From NCBI GenBank assembly GCA_965238005.1, contig OZ250165.1:3104001-3168000 (forward strand): 64,000 nt of DNA, read 5' to 3'. The DNA is from Longimicrobiales bacterium (GTDB lineage Bacteria; Gemmatimonadota; Gemmatimonadetes; Longimicrobiales; Gaopeijiaceae). The position numbers and the translations under genes were made by a program. A model generated the notes under the pieces. The model was given only the letters and a program-made list of their open reading frames with translations. It made no database searches and was not told the origin of the DNA. Shown here in pieces: positions 60,354-64,000 of this stretch (within the stretch, counting starts at the first letter, position 1; the number at the start of each line of letters is the position of its first letter).

Positions 60354-60943
60354 TAGCCGCTCTCCTCGGTCGGTGGTTCCACAACAGTGCGCTCCGTGGG
60401 CCGGCCCGCCCCGGCGGACTCCGTCGGCTGGCCTGGCCCGGCGAGCTCCGTCGGTTGGCCTGGCCCGCTGAGCTCCGTCGTCGGCTGGCCCCACTCGGCA
60501 AGCAGGTGGAGCACCATCAGCGCACCGGAAACGGGAACCGCTGCGTACACGAGCGCGATGGGGAGATTCAGGGCCGATGAGCGCTCTCCCATCGTGAGGC
60601 CCATGAGGGCGATACCCGTCGCGATGAGGAGCAGCGCGAACAGGAAGACAACGGCAGCCGCGAATGTCTCCACGGCAGACTTCCAGCGCGGAGCCAGACC
60701 TTTGGTGACCTGATCGAACCCGAAGTGGGCCCGGTGCTCCACCGCTAAGGACGCACCCAGCATGGACATCCAGATGAAGCAGAACCTGGAGACCTCCTCG
60801 CTCCACGGGTTCGGGTACGCGAAGAGGTAGCGCATTCCGACCTGGAGGAGGACGACGACCGAGACCGTCAACACGAGCCCGCCCGCAGCGAAGGCCTCGA
60901 GGGAGACCAGGATTCGGTTGAGCGCCTTCAGTCGCTGCGACAT
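60353..60943 (-). CDS. dctQ: TRAP transporter small permease with repetitive C-tail
   Basis: QVGMRY, WSEEVSR, four TMs. Confidence 0.9.
   Translation of the reverse strand: MSQRLKALNRILVSLEAFAAGGLVLTVSVVVLLQVGMRYLFAYPNPWSEEVSRFCFIWMSMLGASLAVEHRAHFGFDQVTKGLAPRWKSAVETFAAAVVFLFALLLIATGIALMGLTMGERSSALNLPIALVYAAVPVSGALMVLHLLAEWGQPTTELSGPGQPTELAGPGQPTESAGAGRPTERTVVEPPTEESG
60392..60492. repeat. 27-bp in-frame tandem repeats (about 3.7 units)
   Basis: Units start at 60392, 60419, 60446 and 60473; encode PGQPTE[LS]AG-like nonamers. Confidence 0.85.
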
Positions 60944-61037
60944 TCGTCAGCCTCCTCAAGCCGTTGTCCCAATAACGGCTCCATTATCCCCGGCATCGTT
61001 CCCGACCCGGGATCGCCCGCTCCAATGGTCGGCCCCC

Positions 61038-62063
61038 TCACGGCGCCGCCCGCCGTACCTCTTCCACGAGCCTTGCGATCAACGCCTCCCCGTCCGACAG
61101 TCGACGCGCCAGCTCGTCCCAGACGTGCGGGCGGACGGCGGGAACGAACGGGGCCACATCGGGGCGGGAGATCTCCACGTCGCTGGCGCGCATCTCCTCC
61201 AGGGCTTCCGCCTCCATCTGGCGGGCAACCTCGCTCTGGTAGGCGAGTGCGTCGGCCGCCGAGCGATCGAGCGCATCCCGGATGTCCGCGGGAAGCGACT
61301 GGTAGAACGGCTCGTTCACGAGGAGCGTGATGGGGTTGTAGGTGATGGACGTGAAGCTGTAGAACTTGGCCACCTCGTGGAGCCGGCTGCTCACGAACCC
61401 GATGGCGTTGGCCTCGCCCCCCTCGATCACGCCCTGCTGGAGGGCGGAGTAGACCTCGCCGTAGTTCATCGGTGTGGCCTGGACGCCCAGCGCGGAATAG
61501 GCCGCCAAATAGGTCGGGTTCTGAAGGACGCGGAGCTTGAGACCGGCGAGATCGGCAGGCGTCTCTACGGATCGCCTCGTGTTGTAGACGTGCCGGAAGC
61601 CGTAGTCCAAGAAGCCCAACGATCGAACCCCGGTGCGCTCCCGAAGCAGATCGCGCCACCAGTCGCCGATGGGGCCGTCCATCACCGCGAGCCCGTGCTC
61701 CCGGGTCTCGAAGAGGAACGGGAGATCGAAGATCTGCCCCTCGGGGACCCAGCCGGAGAGCACGGGCGTGCCCGAGATGGCCATGTGCACGGCGCCGACC
61801 TGGATCTGCTCGAAGGCGACGCGCTCTCCCCCGAGCTGTCCCGACGGATAGATGGTGACTCGGAGCTGCCCCTCGGTCCGCTCGAGCATGAGGTCCCGGA
61901 AGCGCTCCGCCATGAGGTGGAACTCCGAGCTACCCGAAAGCACGTGGGAGAGGCGGATGTTCCAGGTGGCAGGGTCGGAGGCCTCCTGGTCGAGGCCCCC
62001 ACAGGACGCGACCGCGAGCGCCACCAGGAGCGTCAAACACCGGAGGGCATCTCGCGTCTTCAC
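61038..62063 (-). CDS. dctP: TRAP substrate-binding protein (lipoprotein)
   Basis: Lipobox VASC; YPSGQLG, GFRH, GLKLRV, EVYSALQQGVIEG. Confidence 0.92.
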   Translation of the reverse strand: MKTRDALRCLTLLVALAVASCGGLDQEASDPATWNIRLSHVLSGSSEFHLMAERFRDLMLERTEGQLRVTIYPSGQLGGERVAFEQIQVGAVHMAISGTPVLSGWVPEGQIFDLPFLFETREHGLAVMDGPIGDWWRDLLRERTGVRSLGFLDYGFRHVYNTRRSVETPADLAGLKLRVLQNPTYLAAYSALGVQATPMNYGEVYSALQQGVIEGGEANAIGFVSSRLHEVAKFYSFTSITYNPITLLVNEPFYQSLPADIRDALDRSAADALAYQSEVARQMEAEALEEMRASDVEISRPDVAPFVPAVRPHVWDELARRLSDGEALIARLVEEVRRAAP

Positions 62064-62148
62064 GGAATGGTCCAGCATGGCCCCAACGAGTCCACACCCA
62101 CGCCGCACGCACGCCCACCGCATCCTCGCGGCCGCAAATCTTCGACCC

Positions 62149-62913
62149 CTAGGCACCCCAGATCGTCTGGCCACCATCGATGAATACCGTGGCGCCTGTC
62201 ACCAGGCGCGCCTCGTCCTTCGACGCGAGGAACACCACGGCCCCCACCAGATCCTCGGGGGCGCCGATCTCCTTGAGCGGGATCCGGGCGAGACGGCGCT
62301 CACGGAAGTCGTCCCGGGTGATATCGGCCCGGTTCATGTCCGTCTCGATGAGACCCGGCGCAATGGAGTTGACCCGGATCTTGTGGGGCGCCAGCTCGAG
62401 CGCCATCTGCTTCGTCAGCATCTCGACGCCCGCCTTCGCGACGCAATAGTGGGTGAGGTTGGGGGCGGCTACCGCCTGCCCCGCGGAGGATACGTTGACG
62501 ATGGCACCAGGCGTCTGTGCCTCGGTCATGCGACGCGCCACCGCTTGGCCCACGAGGAAGTAGCCCTTCAGATTGACGTCCAAGATGGCATCCCACTCCT
62601 CCTCGCTGATCTCGAGGAGTGGAGTCCGCTTCAGGATGCCGGCGTTGTTTACGAGGATGTCGATGCCGCCCAGGAAGTCGTCCGCCTCGGCAACGAAGCG
62701 CTCGATGTCGGATCGGGAATCCGTCGAGCCCTGCACGGCGGTGGCTCGTCGCCCCATCTTTTCGATCTGACGGACGGCGTCCTCCGCATCCTCACGGCTG
62801 CGCCTGAAGTTGACCGCGACGTCGGCGCCCTCGCGGGCCAGCCCGAGGGCGATGCCGCGGCCGATACTCCGCGATCCGCCGGTGACCAGAGCACGCTGAC
62901 CTTCGAGACGCAT
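62149..62913 (-). CDS. SDR family oxidoreductase
   Basis: TGGSRSIG, NNAG, YCVAK, VNSIAPG. Confidence 0.92.
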   Translation of the reverse strand: MRLEGQRALVTGGSRSIGRGIALGLAREGADVAVNFRRSREDAEDAVRQIEKMGRRATAVQGSTDSRSDIERFVAEADDFLGGIDILVNNAGILKRTPLLEISEEEWDAILDVNLKGYFLVGQAVARRMTEAQTPGAIVNVSSAGQAVAAPNLTHYCVAKAGVEMLTKQMALELAPHKIRVNSIAPGLIETDMNRADITRDDFRERRLARIPLKEIGAPEDLVGAVVFLASKDEARLVTGATVFIDGGQTIWGA

Positions 62914-63193
62914 GGGAGATCCAAACGTTCAGGCTACGAGAGAGTCCGAGCCGAAAGAGTTGGGGGAGAGGCACGGATTCGCAATGCGGGGCGCGCTTCG
63001 CATGCCGCCTCTCGTGCCTCACCCGTCGGGCCGGTCGCTCGAGTAGCCCGACCGCAGCAACCCGGCCACTCCTAGGTGTCGGGGACGGCGCGCCGCTACT
63101 CTCATGGTGTCCCAGGCCCCAGGCCATTCGTAGTTTCCCCCTCGCGAGGATGGTGTCGGGTGTGGTCTGTCCACCTCTCTCACGGAGTAATGC

Positions 63194-64000
63194 ATGAGCC
63201 CCTCGGTTCGAGTCGTACTCGCGTGCTCACTGGCGTCCCTCCCCACCCTGACGGCTACGACCCCTACCGCCGTCGCCCAGTCGTTTCCCTCCGACGACCC
63301 CGTGATCCGGGCGATCTGGGGTGAAGGGACCGAGCGCTCGCAGGTGCATGAGCTGGCCCAGGCGTCTCACGGGCTCGCCCGCCATGGCCGGGGCCAACGA
63401 CTGGACGGTGGCCAAGTACGCAGAATGGGGCATCTCTGCCTACAAGGAGCAGTACGGCACCTGGCGCGGGTGGGAACGGGGCATCAGCCACATCGACCTC
63501 ATTTCACCGCGAGTGCGATCGCTGGAGGGCATGGCAGCCGCATGGAGTCCAGCCACCGACGGACCCGTGGAGGCGAGCGTCGTGATCCTGGCGGACGGCG
63601 GAAGCCCCGAGGCGTTCGAGGCCTGGCTGCCGGAGGTGCGCGGCAAGTTCGTGCTCATCTCGCGCCCGGAGACGAGCTGCCGCCCGCGGGACAACCTGGA
63701 GTGGTTCGCCCGGCCCGGGACGCTCGAGCGCATGACCGAGGAGCGCGAGACAGCCGTGGAATCCTGGCGAGAGCGGGTGGCCGACACCGGCGTTGACCGG
63801 CGGGTGCTACCGGAAGCGCTCGACGCCGCGGGCGCCGCGGGCATCATCCGGTCCCAGTGGTCCGAGGGCTGGGGCGTGAACAAGATCTTCGGCACCCGGG
63901 CAGAGCGCGCACCGGTGCTGGACCTGAGCTGTGAGGCGTACGGGCTCGTGTACCGCCTGGCCGAGAACGGGCAGGAGCCGGTGCTGCGCATCAACGCCGA
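63194..64000 (+). pseudogene. M28-family peptidase, small deletion/frameshift near 63363, runs off the window
   Basis: Signal peptide and DDPVIRAIW.EG..SQV.ELAQ, then LTGSP...EQYGTWRGWERG in another frame; the expected D.IGPR segment is missing. Confidence 0.75.

Noticed and set aside
62969..62985. GGCACGGATTCGCA as a sigma-54 promoter
   Set aside because: Spacing is GG-N9-GC rather than N10

Overview
GC-rich bacterial chromosomal DNA. The gene repertoire (choice-of-anchor B/LVIVD propellers, an ADOP-type permease stub, TonB/carboxypeptidase-regulatory proteins, many Tat and lipoprotein-signal enzymes) suggests Gemmatimonadota or a similar lineage; this is inference only. I found no rRNA, tRNA or CRISPR array. 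About 40 apparently intact genes, mostly exported enzymes, transporters and signalling proteins, are interleaved with about 20 gene remnants. The remnants were produced by internal deletions, nonsense codons and 1-bp frameshifts, and several of the frameshifts lie in homopolymers and may be sequencing errors. Mobile DNA consists of two near-identical IS1182-family elements in inverted orientation (17-bp TIRs, CTAG target) and a CTAG-bounded 186-bp MITE with detached end copies elsewhere. The most interesting candidates are: (1) a self-contained ECF sigma/anti-sigma regulon, with three copies of a GTCACAAA-N14-CGTT promoter motif ahead of the sigma operon, an outer-membrane protein and a distant BsuPI-like lipoprotein; (2) an orphan pseudopilin + membrane HD-GYP + twin-lipoprotein operon with no T2SS/T4P machinery; (3) four secreted beta-propeller proteins sharing four conserved His motifs; (4) a circularly permuted, Tat-lipoprotein D-amino-acid oxidase near a Tat-exported alanine racemase and DmpA; (5) a deiodinase-like remnant broken at its catalytic Sec/Cys codon.
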